Assembly: GCA_937949725.1 (NCBI GenBank)
Contig: CALECT010000074.1
Span: 7,683-71,682, forward strand
Length of the DNA stretch: 64,000 nucleotides
Reading direction: 5' to 3'
DNA from: an uncultured Pseudanabaenaceae cyanobacterium
Lineage (GTDB): Bacteria; Cyanobacteriota; Cyanobacteriia; PCC-9006; JAAUQQ01
Of the stretch, positions 1 to 8,284 are shown piece by piece. The position numbers and the translations under genes were made by a program. Each line of letters opens with the position of its first letter. Within the stretch, counting starts at the first letter, position 1. The notes under the pieces are model-generated. The model had not been told where the DNA came from and ran no database searches. It worked only from the letters and a program-made list of their open reading frames with translations.

Positions 1-251
1 CTAATCTCGACATCTAAAGCGATTATTCGGCCTTCAAATCCATTCAACAAAGCATCATCCAGCCATGTCGAAAGTGCTTTCTTTCGCTTGGACTCGGACA
101 GCCTCGAAATTCCCTTTCTCACTTCTCCAATCGTGATTACGCTGAGATAGACCTGTTCAGGCGGAGTCGTCCTCAGCCAGTCCACAACATTTTCATCGGG
201 GGATTTATTCACCAATTCCGAAACCACACAGGTATCGAGCAGATAGTTCAT
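1..251 (-). CDS. vapC: PIN-domain toxin VapC (FitB-like), partial; C-terminus lies beyond the window edge
   Basis: Minus-strand reading frame from ATG at 251-249 runs off position 1. My translation is MNYLLDTCVVSELVNKSPDENVVDWLRTTPPEQVYLSVITIGEVRKGISRLSESKRKKALSTWLDD..., which fits the PIN/VapC N-terminal pattern (LLDT acidic residue, SxITxGE). The start overlaps the upstream antitoxin stop as ATGA. Confidence 0.75.
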   Translation of the reverse strand, partial: MNYLLDTCVVSELVNKSPDENVVDWLRTTPPEQVYLSVITIGEVRKGISRLSESKRKKALSTWLDDALLNGFEGRIIALDVEI

Positions 252-535
252 GGCGTAAAGACATCACGCGCAGTGGTCTTATCGCGACTGAGTATGAGGT
301 CTTTATCCCCTAAAGGAGCGCTCAAAAATAAGTCAACAAGGGGCTGACCGGGGGCAGCATTCATGTTGGAGGCTTGAGGCACAGCAGCATGACTATCACC
401 TTCCACTGCGGTTTCCCCCAAGGAGCGATCGCCTTGAACGGATGGCTTGAGCAACATCAAAAAATCTAGCAGTGCCTGCACAATCGCATCAGGCATTTGC
501 TCAATTTCTTTGAGCAGCAGTTCCCTTGGACTCAT
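248..535 (-). CDS. Type II antitoxin partner of VapC (DUF2281-like N-terminus)
   Basis: 95-aa ORF from ATG 535; the track ORF begins two codons upstream at a TTG. SPRELLLKEIEQMPDAIVQALLDFLMLLK resembles the antitoxins usually paired with cyanobacterial PIN toxins. There is a 4-nt ATGA stop/start overlap with vapC. Confidence 0.7.
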   Translation of the reverse strand: MSPRELLLKEIEQMPDAIVQALLDFLMLLKPSVQGDRSLGETAVEGDSHAAVPQASNMNAAPGQPLVDLFLSAPLGDKDLILSRDKTTARDVFTP

Positions 536-574
536 GGGCAAAACCTCATCGCTATGGATATTCTAACCATCACC

Positions 575-2179
575 TCATAGCTTGCGCTCCAGCTTAAGGA
601 TTTGCCCAGCCTGTAAAGCTGTAGCCTTCTCCGTCAGGTCCAACCAGGGCTGAAGCTGCCCCCGCTGAAACGTCCGGCTCATCACTACATAAATCGAAGT
701 CTGGTCACCGCCAATGCCCGCCGACTCAACTCGGTCCCAGGCATCGCTCTTCAGCTCATCCATCACCGTCCAAGCTCCAGTCTGTCTATCACCTTGCCAC
801 TTCAGTTGCCGCACAAACTTAAACGGCGCAGAATCCTTGCCAGTAATCAGCATCTTTTGTAAAAGCTTCCGCACCTGGTTGGGATAGAAACGCCCCACCG
901 TAAGCATCACCACTCGCAAAATCATCAGATTCAGCGGCGTCATTTGCTTCTGCTTCGCCCAGCCCAAGGCCCCCTGAATCACAATGCTGTCGTCTTCCAG
1001 CTTGAGGTTATACTCCTCCACCAAGTGACCCACAGCATTCTTGAGCTTGCCACCCTGCTTTAGTTGTAGAGAAAACTGCGTATCCGACTGAACCAGCTTG
1101 CCATCGCGGAATAGCTTAAACACACCGCCCTTGTTCAGCGCCATATACAGCTCAGTTGTGCCGCGCCGATCAATCAGCAGCTTCGCCTCAGGGAGCCAGA
1201 CCCGGCCCTGAGGACGAGGCGTTCGGGGGGGACGAGCCGCGACAAAGTCCTGCCAAGCTAGCAGGTAGTTCCAGGTGTGATGGCCCACAATGTGGTCATC
1301 GGTGTAGCAGGGGCCGCAATCGTTGGCCAAGCTTTTCAGGAAGCCATCGTTGACTTGCAGCGCCTCCGGTAGCCAACGCCCCACCAGTTCAAAGCCGTGG
1401 GGGAAGAAGTTATAGGTATTGCGGCTGCCATATTCGCCGCCGTAACTGCCGTCGGGGTGAACAAACTCCGCAGCTAGCTTCACCGCCTTCGTCAGGGCCA
1501 CTTTCACGCGGGGATCAGGCCGAATTTCATAGATGCGGGCGAGGCAAGAGACCGTGAGGGAATGGTAGCCGGGGTCGCAGCCCTCATATTCCTGGAACCA
1601 GCCCTCGGGGTTTTGCCAAGACAACACGCGCTCCAGGCGAGACTCCCGCGCCTCCACCCACTGCTCCGTCTTGAGCAAATCGCCCAGTAGCTCTAGGCAC
1701 AGGACGATCAGCGCCTGGTGGTTGGTGAGTTGGCCGCTCTCGTTGTGGTGGGCTAGCCAGTTGGCTCGTAGCTCGAAGAACTCAAGAGCAGTCTGGTTTT
1801 CTAAGCCCAGTAGGCGATAGGCCTCTATGCATGCCAAAAGCGAGAAGGCTGCTGCACCGCCCGCCCGCTCAAAGGGGAAGTAGTCATCACAGGAGCCGTC
1901 TTTGTGAGCGCTTTTGGCGGCGTATAGGATGCCCGCCTCGACCCAGTTACGGATGGATTCTTGCTGGTAGTAGGGGTTGTCTGGCAGGTCCAGGCTGTGG
2001 ACTAGGGCTAGGGGCCAGACGAACTCTTGGGACATCCCACTGGGGAAGTCAATGATCTTGTATTGCCAGAAGTTGCGATCGAAGCAGCCATAGGTCGGGC
2101 TATGGGGATTGCGGTCCAATAGGGTCAGCAGCTTCGGAACTTGTGCCAGGGCAGCACGGGCAAATAGATCGCGACTCAT
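575..2179 (-). CDS. Conserved hypothetical protein, possible alpha/alpha-toroid plus beta-sandwich fold (polysaccharide lyase/heparinase-like); function unknown
   Basis: Long uninterrupted ORF. ATG at 2179 (MSRDLF...) is preferred over TTG at 2230. Aromatic/Gly-rich motifs QNPEGWFQEYEGCDPGYH and HPDGSYGGEYGSRNTYNFFPHG are typical of helical-hairpin toroid enzymes. No catalytic motif recognised. Confidence 0.6.
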   Translation of the reverse strand: MSRDLFARAALAQVPKLLTLLDRNPHSPTYGCFDRNFWQYKIIDFPSGMSQEFVWPLALVHSLDLPDNPYYQQESIRNWVEAGILYAAKSAHKDGSCDDYFPFERAGGAAAFSLLACIEAYRLLGLENQTALEFFELRANWLAHHNESGQLTNHQALIVLCLELLGDLLKTEQWVEARESRLERVLSWQNPEGWFQEYEGCDPGYHSLTVSCLARIYEIRPDPRVKVALTKAVKLAAEFVHPDGSYGGEYGSRNTYNFFPHGFELVGRWLPEALQVNDGFLKSLANDCGPCYTDDHIVGHHTWNYLLAWQDFVAARPPRTPRPQGRVWLPEAKLLIDRRGTTELYMALNKGGVFKLFRDGKLVQSDTQFSLQLKQGGKLKNAVGHLVEEYNLKLEDDSIVIQGALGWAKQKQMTPLNLMILRVVMLTVGRFYPNQVRKLLQKMLITGKDSAPFKFVRQLKWQGDRQTGAWTVMDELKSDAWDRVESAGIGGDQTSIYVVMSRTFQRGQLQPWLDLTEKATALQAGQILKLERKL

Positions 2180-2281
2180 GGACGTCCAAAACAAGGTTAG
2201 GGACAGATCAATATGACCTGTCCCTACCAATCAACCATGTTCGGGCTGGGGTATCAATCCTCAGCTCCCCTCGATTGCGGT

Positions 2282-3706
2282 TTAGACCATGCCGCCGCGC
2301 AGCATAATCGCCATTTCCGACTTCTTGAGAGAGGCTTCCAAAGCTGTCTCTTCGGTGATGCGACCTTCTTCAAATAGCTTGAAGATGGATTGGTTACGGG
2401 TGTTCATGCCGTAGAAGGCACCATCTTTGAGCTGGGCTTCAATTTCATCGGTCTCATCGCGGTGGATGAAGTCGCGAATGGTGTCGTTGTTGATCAGAAC
2501 CTCGCTAATGACGCAGCGTTTGCCATCGGTGGTGGGCAACAGGGACTGGGCGATGATTGCGGCCAAGGTCTCAGCCATTTCCTTGCGAACGGAGTCCCGT
2601 TCGTCAGGCTCGAACAGGTCGAGGATGCGTTCTAGGGTCTTGACTGCGCTGTTGGTGTGTAGAGTACCGAAAACCAAGTGGCCGGTTTGAGCTGCTTTCA
2701 TCGCGGTGGAGAGAGTTTCGCGATCGCGCATCTCACCAATCAGAATCACATCAGGGTCTTCCCGCAAGGCCGCCTTCAACGCCCGATTAAACTGCTTCGT
2801 ATGAATGCCCACTTCCCGCTGACTCACCACCGACTTATTGTCTTCCCCATGGACAAATTCAATCGGGTCTTCAATCGTGACGATGTGCTTCGGCATGGTG
2901 CTGTTAATTTCGTTCACCATGGCCGCCAGGGTGGTGGACTTACCCGAGCCAGTAGGCCCTGTCACCAGCACTAGGCCCTGGTTCATGAAACAGATATCGC
3001 GGAAGATTTCGGGGAAACCGAGGTTATCCAGCACGGGAGGCGTCAGAGGAATCAAACGCAGCACCATGGAGGGGCCTTTGATCGACATAAAGAGGTTGAC
3101 GCGAACTCGCACAAAATCGTATTGGGCAGCACCGTCATAATCCATCGTCTCGTCAAATCGGGCGATGTCTTCGTCAGAGAGGATTTCCTTCAGCCAGCTG
3201 CGGAATGATGCTTCATCTGTGGCGGGGTGTTCCGTTGTGGCAATCACGCCCTGACTGCGGAAACGGGGAGAGCGGCCCACGCCGATATGGACATCGGAAT
3301 AGTCACTATCATGAGCTTGGCGCACAAGCTGAGCCAGGGTGGGATGGCCCGCAGAGAGCTTGGCTTCGACCTGGGGGGTAGCGGCAAGAACCATAGAACC
3401 AGCTCCATTAGAAGAGGAAGACGTTTCTGCAGCAGCAGGGCTGCCATCGCGATTCACAACGGGCAATGTTAGGGGCGCAGAGTCTGAAGCGATGTGGATT
3501 TTGACCTGCTGGGTGCCGGGTTGCTTAAACGCTAAGTCAACCTTCCATTGGCCATCTTTGCCCACCCGTGACGCCGCCACCACCGGGTTATCGGCGATGG
3601 AAATGAGCACGCTCTCGCCAGCCCGTTGCGGCTCAACTGAACCACCAATAGTGCAACGTTCTAGGACACGTAGGGGAGTCTTCGGTGTTTGGGTCAGGGT
3701 AATCAT
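2282..3706 (-). CDS. pilT: PilT-family type IV pilus retraction ATPase with about 130-aa N-terminal extension
   Basis: Walker A GPTGSGKSTT, Walker B/Asp box VILIGEMRD, His box TGHLVFGTLHT. The ATPase core occupies roughly residues 135-474. The N-terminal beta-rich segment plus a Ser/Ala linker (AAAETSSSSNGAGS) is extra. Confidence 0.85.
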   Translation of the reverse strand: MITLTQTPKTPLRVLERCTIGGSVEPQRAGESVLISIADNPVVAASRVGKDGQWKVDLAFKQPGTQQVKIHIASDSAPLTLPVVNRDGSPAAAETSSSSNGAGSMVLAATPQVEAKLSAGHPTLAQLVRQAHDSDYSDVHIGVGRSPRFRSQGVIATTEHPATDEASFRSWLKEILSDEDIARFDETMDYDGAAQYDFVRVRVNLFMSIKGPSMVLRLIPLTPPVLDNLGFPEIFRDICFMNQGLVLVTGPTGSGKSTTLAAMVNEINSTMPKHIVTIEDPIEFVHGEDNKSVVSQREVGIHTKQFNRALKAALREDPDVILIGEMRDRETLSTAMKAAQTGHLVFGTLHTNSAVKTLERILDLFEPDERDSVRKEMAETLAAIIAQSLLPTTDGKRCVISEVLINNDTIRDFIHRDETDEIEAQLKDGAFYGMNTRNQSIFKLFEEGRITEETALEASLKKSEMAIMLRGGMV

Positions 3707-4193
3707 GAAGGGCTAGACCAGCGTAGATGGCAAGACAAGAACGTAGGAAGGGCCAGGATGGAGACGATGGCAACGAAACCTAAACCATGCCTCGGCGGGA
3801 GAAGCGAATAGGTCAGTATGACAAGCAGTTGCTCACTCCTGGATTAAATTTAGCGATGATTTAAGAAGACTCCCAGATTTTTTGATACATGTCTGTGATT
3901 TGTTGCAAAAACTGAAATTAGCGATTGAATTTTCTCTAAATTGCGGAATAGTTGCCTCTATTCTTGAAGGGCAAACCATCACCCCTATGGATTTGTGGCT
4001 CTAATTTTCCGTGAGTTTAGCCCTTGTTAAGGCATGTTCGATGAGTTGGCAGGTCTATAGTCACTCCAAGTCCCTACAGGTATTGCAGCATAAACTTCTA
4101 CAAGGTTGTCCTGGAACTCCCCCGTTGTTGAGCAACCCCTTGCCCGAGGGTACTTTGACCATAGGTATTCACCCGTCTTCCCCCAGCCCTGAT

Positions 4194-5933
4194 ATGACTT
4201 CTCCCAATTTCGCACGCCCTTCAACTCCCGCTGCTGGGCCTATAGGTCTAGCAGCGGGAGTAGGACTATTGCTCAGCAGTTGCGGCGGTTCTTCGAGCAT
4301 TGGGGAGGGCGGATATAGCGGCCCAGGCTTTGAAGTCAAGATGCTGGTGGGCAGCGCGTTACATGATTTTTGTGACCAGGCGGCGGAACAGCTAAATGCG
4401 ACGAGTCCAAAGACTGGGAGTGGCGATCGCTTCAATCTCACCTGCGAGGCCAAAGGCAGCGGCGATGTCGTAACCGAAGTAGCCACCCTGGCCCAACAAC
4501 TCCAAAGTGGCCAGATCCAGACTGATGCTCCTGAGTTTCCCACCTTGATTTCTGTAGATGGTGAAATTTATCAAGATCAGCTGGTTCAGCGAGTCGAACA
4601 ACTTTTCCCTGGGCAAAACTACATTCCCGCCATTACTGACGCTCCCCTGCTTGCCAATAGCCCCATGGTCTTTATGACCACGGAGGAATTGGCAGAGGGT
4701 TTGAAGCAAACGGAGAAGCCCTTCGAAGCGTTGGTCACAGCGAGCACCCATCAAGATCTCAATGCTGCTAGTCCAGCTTTGCCAATTCACTACGTTCATA
4801 CTGCCCCAACCCGTTCTAACTCCGGCCTGCAAACCCTAACGGCTCAATTTGCAGCGGTCTCGGGCAAGCGTCCAGAAGAATTGACCCCAGCGGATATCCA
4901 GGCGAACCAAGGCAAGGTTTCGCAAATTCAAAGCAAGATTACTCGCTACGGCACCTCCACCAGCTCCCTGGCAAAATCCATGGTGGCAAACGGCCCCTTT
5001 TGGGCTTCCATGGGGTCGGTTTATGAGTCTTCTGTGATTACCGCCAATAGCAACGCCCAGCCAGGGGGCACCAAGTATGTCGCGGTTTATCCCAAGGCAA
5101 CGTTCACTTCGAACATGCGGGGAATTTTGCCCAATGCGCCCTGGGTGAGTGCCCAGGAGAAGGAAGCTGCAGAGCAGGTGCTGGACTATTTAAGGTCTCC
5201 CCAAGTGCAGGCGATCGCCACCAACCTAGGCCTCCGTCCCGGCGTCGCAGGCGTAGACCTTGGCCCCAAGTTCAGCGCTAGCTTTGGCGTAGACCCCAAC
5301 GCCAGCTACGACTCCTACCGCATCCCCAAGTCTGACGTCGTAACTGCTATGGTCCAAGCCTGGTCCCTAGAGGCCAAGAAGCCCTCCCAAGTTGTCGTCG
5401 TTGTCGACAGCTCCGGCTCCATGCGCGGGGAAAAGATGGCCGCTGTCCAAAACACGCTCAAGACCTATGTGGATAGCCTGGGGCCGAAGGACCAAATTGC
5501 CTTAATCGACTTTGATGGCGAAGTCCGAGAGCCGGTTTTGGTTACGGGCGATGCAGCGGGACAATCTGCTGGCCTTCAATTTATCGGTAATCTCCAGGCC
5601 GATGGCGACACCCGCCTCTACGATGCAGCGCTCAAAGCCCGTAACTGGCTCCAGGAAAATCCCAAGCCCGAGGCAATTAACGCGGTGCTGGTGCTGACGG
5701 ATGGCAATGACTCTGGCTCCACCATTAGCCTGACAGACTTGGAAAGTCAGCTGCAAACCAGCGGCTTTGGTAGTGACGATCGCATTGCCTTTTTCACAGT
5801 GGGCTATGGCGGGGAAGGTGATTACAATGCGGGGGCTTTGGAACAGATTGCCCAGCTCAATGGGGGCTATTTTAAGAAGGGTGACCCAGCGACGATTTCC
5901 CAATTAATGGCAGATTTACAACTGGAGTTTTAG
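4194..5933 (+). CDS. Lipoprotein with periplasmic-binding-protein-like domain fused to a vWA domain
   Basis: ATG 4194 gives a signal peptide ending in lipobox LLLSSCGG. The N-domain carries PTRSNSG, shared with ORF 7098..8204. The C-domain has the MIDAS DxSxS motif (VVVVVDSSGSMRGEKM) and LTDGNDSG, typical of von Willebrand A domains. Confidence 0.8.
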   Translation: MTSPNFARPSTPAAGPIGLAAGVGLLLSSCGGSSSIGEGGYSGPGFEVKMLVGSALHDFCDQAAEQLNATSPKTGSGDRFNLTCEAKGSGDVVTEVATLAQQLQSGQIQTDAPEFPTLISVDGEIYQDQLVQRVEQLFPGQNYIPAITDAPLLANSPMVFMTTEELAEGLKQTEKPFEALVTASTHQDLNAASPALPIHYVHTAPTRSNSGLQTLTAQFAAVSGKRPEELTPADIQANQGKVSQIQSKITRYGTSTSSLAKSMVANGPFWASMGSVYESSVITANSNAQPGGTKYVAVYPKATFTSNMRGILPNAPWVSAQEKEAAEQVLDYLRSPQVQAIATNLGLRPGVAGVDLGPKFSASFGVDPNASYDSYRIPKSDVVTAMVQAWSLEAKKPSQVVVVVDSSGSMRGEKMAAVQNTLKTYVDSLGPKDQIALIDFDGEVREPVLVTGDAAGQSAGLQFIGNLQADGDTRLYDAALKARNWLQENPKPEAINAVLVLTDGNDSGSTISLTDLESQLQTSGFGSDDRIAFFTVGYGGEGDYNAGALEQIAQLNGGYFKKGDPATISQLMADLQLEF

Positions 5934-5965
5934 ACAAGGATGGTTTTGAACTAATGCCCATCGCC

Positions 5966-6065
5966 CACCAGAAAGCCGTAAGGGCGGGTTTAGCGACAAA
6001 AGTTGTCACCCCCCAGAAGACCGTAAGGGCGGGTTTAGCGACAAAGGTTGTCACCCACCAGAAAT
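5966..6065. repeat. Tandem direct repeat, 45-bp unit, about 2.2 copies
   Basis: Units 5966-6010 and 6011-6055 (ccaccagaaagccgtaagggcgggtttagcgacaaaagttgtcacc and its near copy), then a partial third copy. Each unit carries the GGGCGGGTTTAGC core also seen at 6214, 6263 (inverted) and 50331-50402. Confidence 0.9.
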
Positions 6066-6321
6066 ATCCCAATCAAAACCCGCCCCTCTTACCTCTACGG
6101 CAGTAGCTTCTGTTTTATGGTTTATGCTTGGGTGCCTCTTGCTCGAACCGGGCGTTTTTTGCTGGGGCTTGGGTTTGGGCCAGGTCGGTTTCGCTGGGGC
6201 TTGGGGCTAAGCCGGGCGGGTTTCGTTTTTGATTTGGGGTGCTTCGGGAGAAATGGGGGCTGAACCCGCCCCTACGGTGGTTGGATATTGTTGCGCGATC
6301 GCAAACATCACGGCATAAACG

Positions 6322-7050
6322 ATGGCTTTGAAATTGACTAATCCACTTCACTACCCGCTGGCGGTTTTGGCGGGTGGGATTGTACTGGTGCTGGGCGTCA
6401 GATTGGTTCGCTTACCAAGCCTGGTGGCAGTGCCCGTGGCAATCGCCACCTCTATCGGTACCGCTGCGATCCGCCAGAAAGATGAGCCAGAAGCTGGCAT
6501 TGAGCTGGAAGATCCCAAGCTGGAGGCAGAAATCAAGGCGCTTTACAAAAAAGGGAAAAGCTTAGCGGAGCAGGCGGTGGCGCTGCGAGATGAGGCCACG
6601 GAGCGACTGACGGGGGCATCCCAAATGGAGCTGATGGGGGCGGTGCAATATGCCTGCGATCGCACCCAGGAGTTGCCCACAAAAATTCAGCAGCTGGGCA
6701 AACGCCTCGGCGGAGGCAAGTCTCTGCTCTCCGCAGAAGACCTGACCCAACAAATCAAAGAAGCTAAGACTAAGCGAAATAAAAGCTCCGGGGCTGCTAA
6801 AGCCCAATGGCAAACCCTGATTGATAGCCTGGAGCGCAACCTAAATCTGGCCAAAGAAGGAGAAGACGCTCGCCAAGCCCAGGTGGTCAGCCTGTCAACG
6901 CTGATTTCCAATGCAGCCGGAACGCTCCAGCAGTTGCAGAACAAACTGCGCACGGCGGACCTAAGCAGCACCAGTGAGACCACAGAGCTGCGAGCCCTCA
7001 GCGATGAGTTCAGCAGCTTCCAGGAAAATGTCGAACTGCTCGTGGCCTAA
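6322..7050 (+). CDS. Membrane-anchored coiled-coil protein, function unknown
   Basis: Two N-terminal hydrophobic helices (PLAVLAGGIVLVLGVRLV, LVAVPVAIATSIGTAAI) are followed by about 170 aa of charged heptad-like sequence. It lies 47 nt upstream of the next same-strand gene. Confidence 0.6.
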   Translation: MALKLTNPLHYPLAVLAGGIVLVLGVRLVRLPSLVAVPVAIATSIGTAAIRQKDEPEAGIELEDPKLEAEIKALYKKGKSLAEQAVALRDEATERLTGASQMELMGAVQYACDRTQELPTKIQQLGKRLGGGKSLLSAEDLTQQIKEAKTKRNKSSGAAKAQWQTLIDSLERNLNLAKEGEDARQAQVVSLSTLISNAAGTLQQLQNKLRTADLSSTSETTELRALSDEFSSFQENVELLVA

Positions 7051-7097
7051 ACCTCAGACATAGAGCTGAAGCAGTCAGAGAAAACAACGAACAACCC

Positions 7098-8204
7098 ATG
7101 TCTTCAAAATCCACGCGAACCCTTATTTCTCTTGGCATTGCAGCAGCCTCCTTGGCGATCGCCTTCTATCCCGGTCCCGGCGGTAACCAAATCATCACTG
7201 TCGTTGCAGGCAGCGAACTCCAAGAGCCCCTTATGCTCCTAGAGAAAAGCTTTGAGCGAGCCAACCCCAATGTGGCAGTGGAACTAAAGTTTCAAGGCTC
7301 CCAGGATATGGTCAATCGTTATGTGGACGACAAAAACGACTTTGAACCCACCATCCTCATGCCCGCCAACGGAGAGTTGCTCAACGAACTATCTAACCGC
7401 TGGCAGGCTCAGAACCAGAATGATGCTTTCTACGAGGCACCACGAGCAATCGCTAAGACACAGCTTGTCGCGATCGCTTGGCCCCAACGGGGAAAAGTCC
7501 TGTTTCCCAGCGGCCAATTCAACTGGGATCGCCTAGGAGAGGCTATGGAAGCCAAAACCTGGGATAAGCTCGGCGGCGAGACCAACTGGGGCAGCTTCGA
7601 CTTCCTCACCACCGACCCCACCCGCTCCAACTCCGGTCAACTCACCCTCAGTCTATGGGCTCAGGCAACAGCAGGCAACAGTAGCATCAGCAACAGTCTC
7701 TTCAACCAGGGCGAAGTTCAGACTCTGTTCAGCAGCATCAAGCAATCTGTCTACCAGCCCCCTCGCTCCACGGATATTCTGCTGCAAGAATTCATCGCTC
7801 GCGGCCCCAACGATGCGGATGTGGCCACCGTCTACGAGAGCATAGCCCTGCACCGCTGGGAGCAATCGGCCCAGGGCCGTCGCGAGCCTTACCAAATCTA
7901 TTACCTCTCCCCCACCATTGAAACCCAGGCCACTGCTGCCGTAGTTAAACGCAATGTGGATCGCCGCGAAGCCGAGGCCGCCCAGAAATTTCTGAGCTAC
8001 CTAACCGAAGTCCAGCAACAGGAAGTCTTTATTCAGCATGGCTTTCGTCCCATCGATAACAGCATCAACCTGGCAACCGTGACCGATAGCCCTTGGGGAG
8101 AAAACATTCCCGGTGCTGCGATCACCCCCGCCAATCAAGCTCAAACCGCCCCCTCCGAAGACAGCATCCGCGAACTTGTCCGCACCTGGCAACGCGCCCA
8201 GTAA
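7098..8204 (+). CDS. Periplasmic substrate-binding-protein-like protein (PBP type 2), paralog of the N-domain of 4194..5933
   Basis: N-terminal anchor LISLGIAAASLAIAF. PBP pattern ITVVAGSEL...KFQGSQDM. PTRSNSGQLTL motif matches PTRSNSGLQTL in the vWA fusion protein. Confidence 0.75.
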   Translation: MSSKSTRTLISLGIAAASLAIAFYPGPGGNQIITVVAGSELQEPLMLLEKSFERANPNVAVELKFQGSQDMVNRYVDDKNDFEPTILMPANGELLNELSNRWQAQNQNDAFYEAPRAIAKTQLVAIAWPQRGKVLFPSGQFNWDRLGEAMEAKTWDKLGGETNWGSFDFLTTDPTRSNSGQLTLSLWAQATAGNSSISNSLFNQGEVQTLFSSIKQSVYQPPRSTDILLQEFIARGPNDADVATVYESIALHRWEQSAQGRREPYQIYYLSPTIETQATAAVVKRNVDRREAEAAQKFLSYLTEVQQQEVFIQHGFRPIDNSINLATVTDSPWGENIPGAAITPANQAQTAPSEDSIRELVRTWQRAQ

Positions 8205-8284
8205 CCACCGAACAATCGCCCAGCTAAGAGCCCAGGCTCTACTGCGCGAAAGCACAGCACAGACCTGGCCCCCTTCTCAAAGCA

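Noticed and set aside
5966-6065. CRISPR array.
   Set aside because: There are only 2.2 directly abutting 45-bp units with no spacers, and no cas genes appear anywhere in the window.
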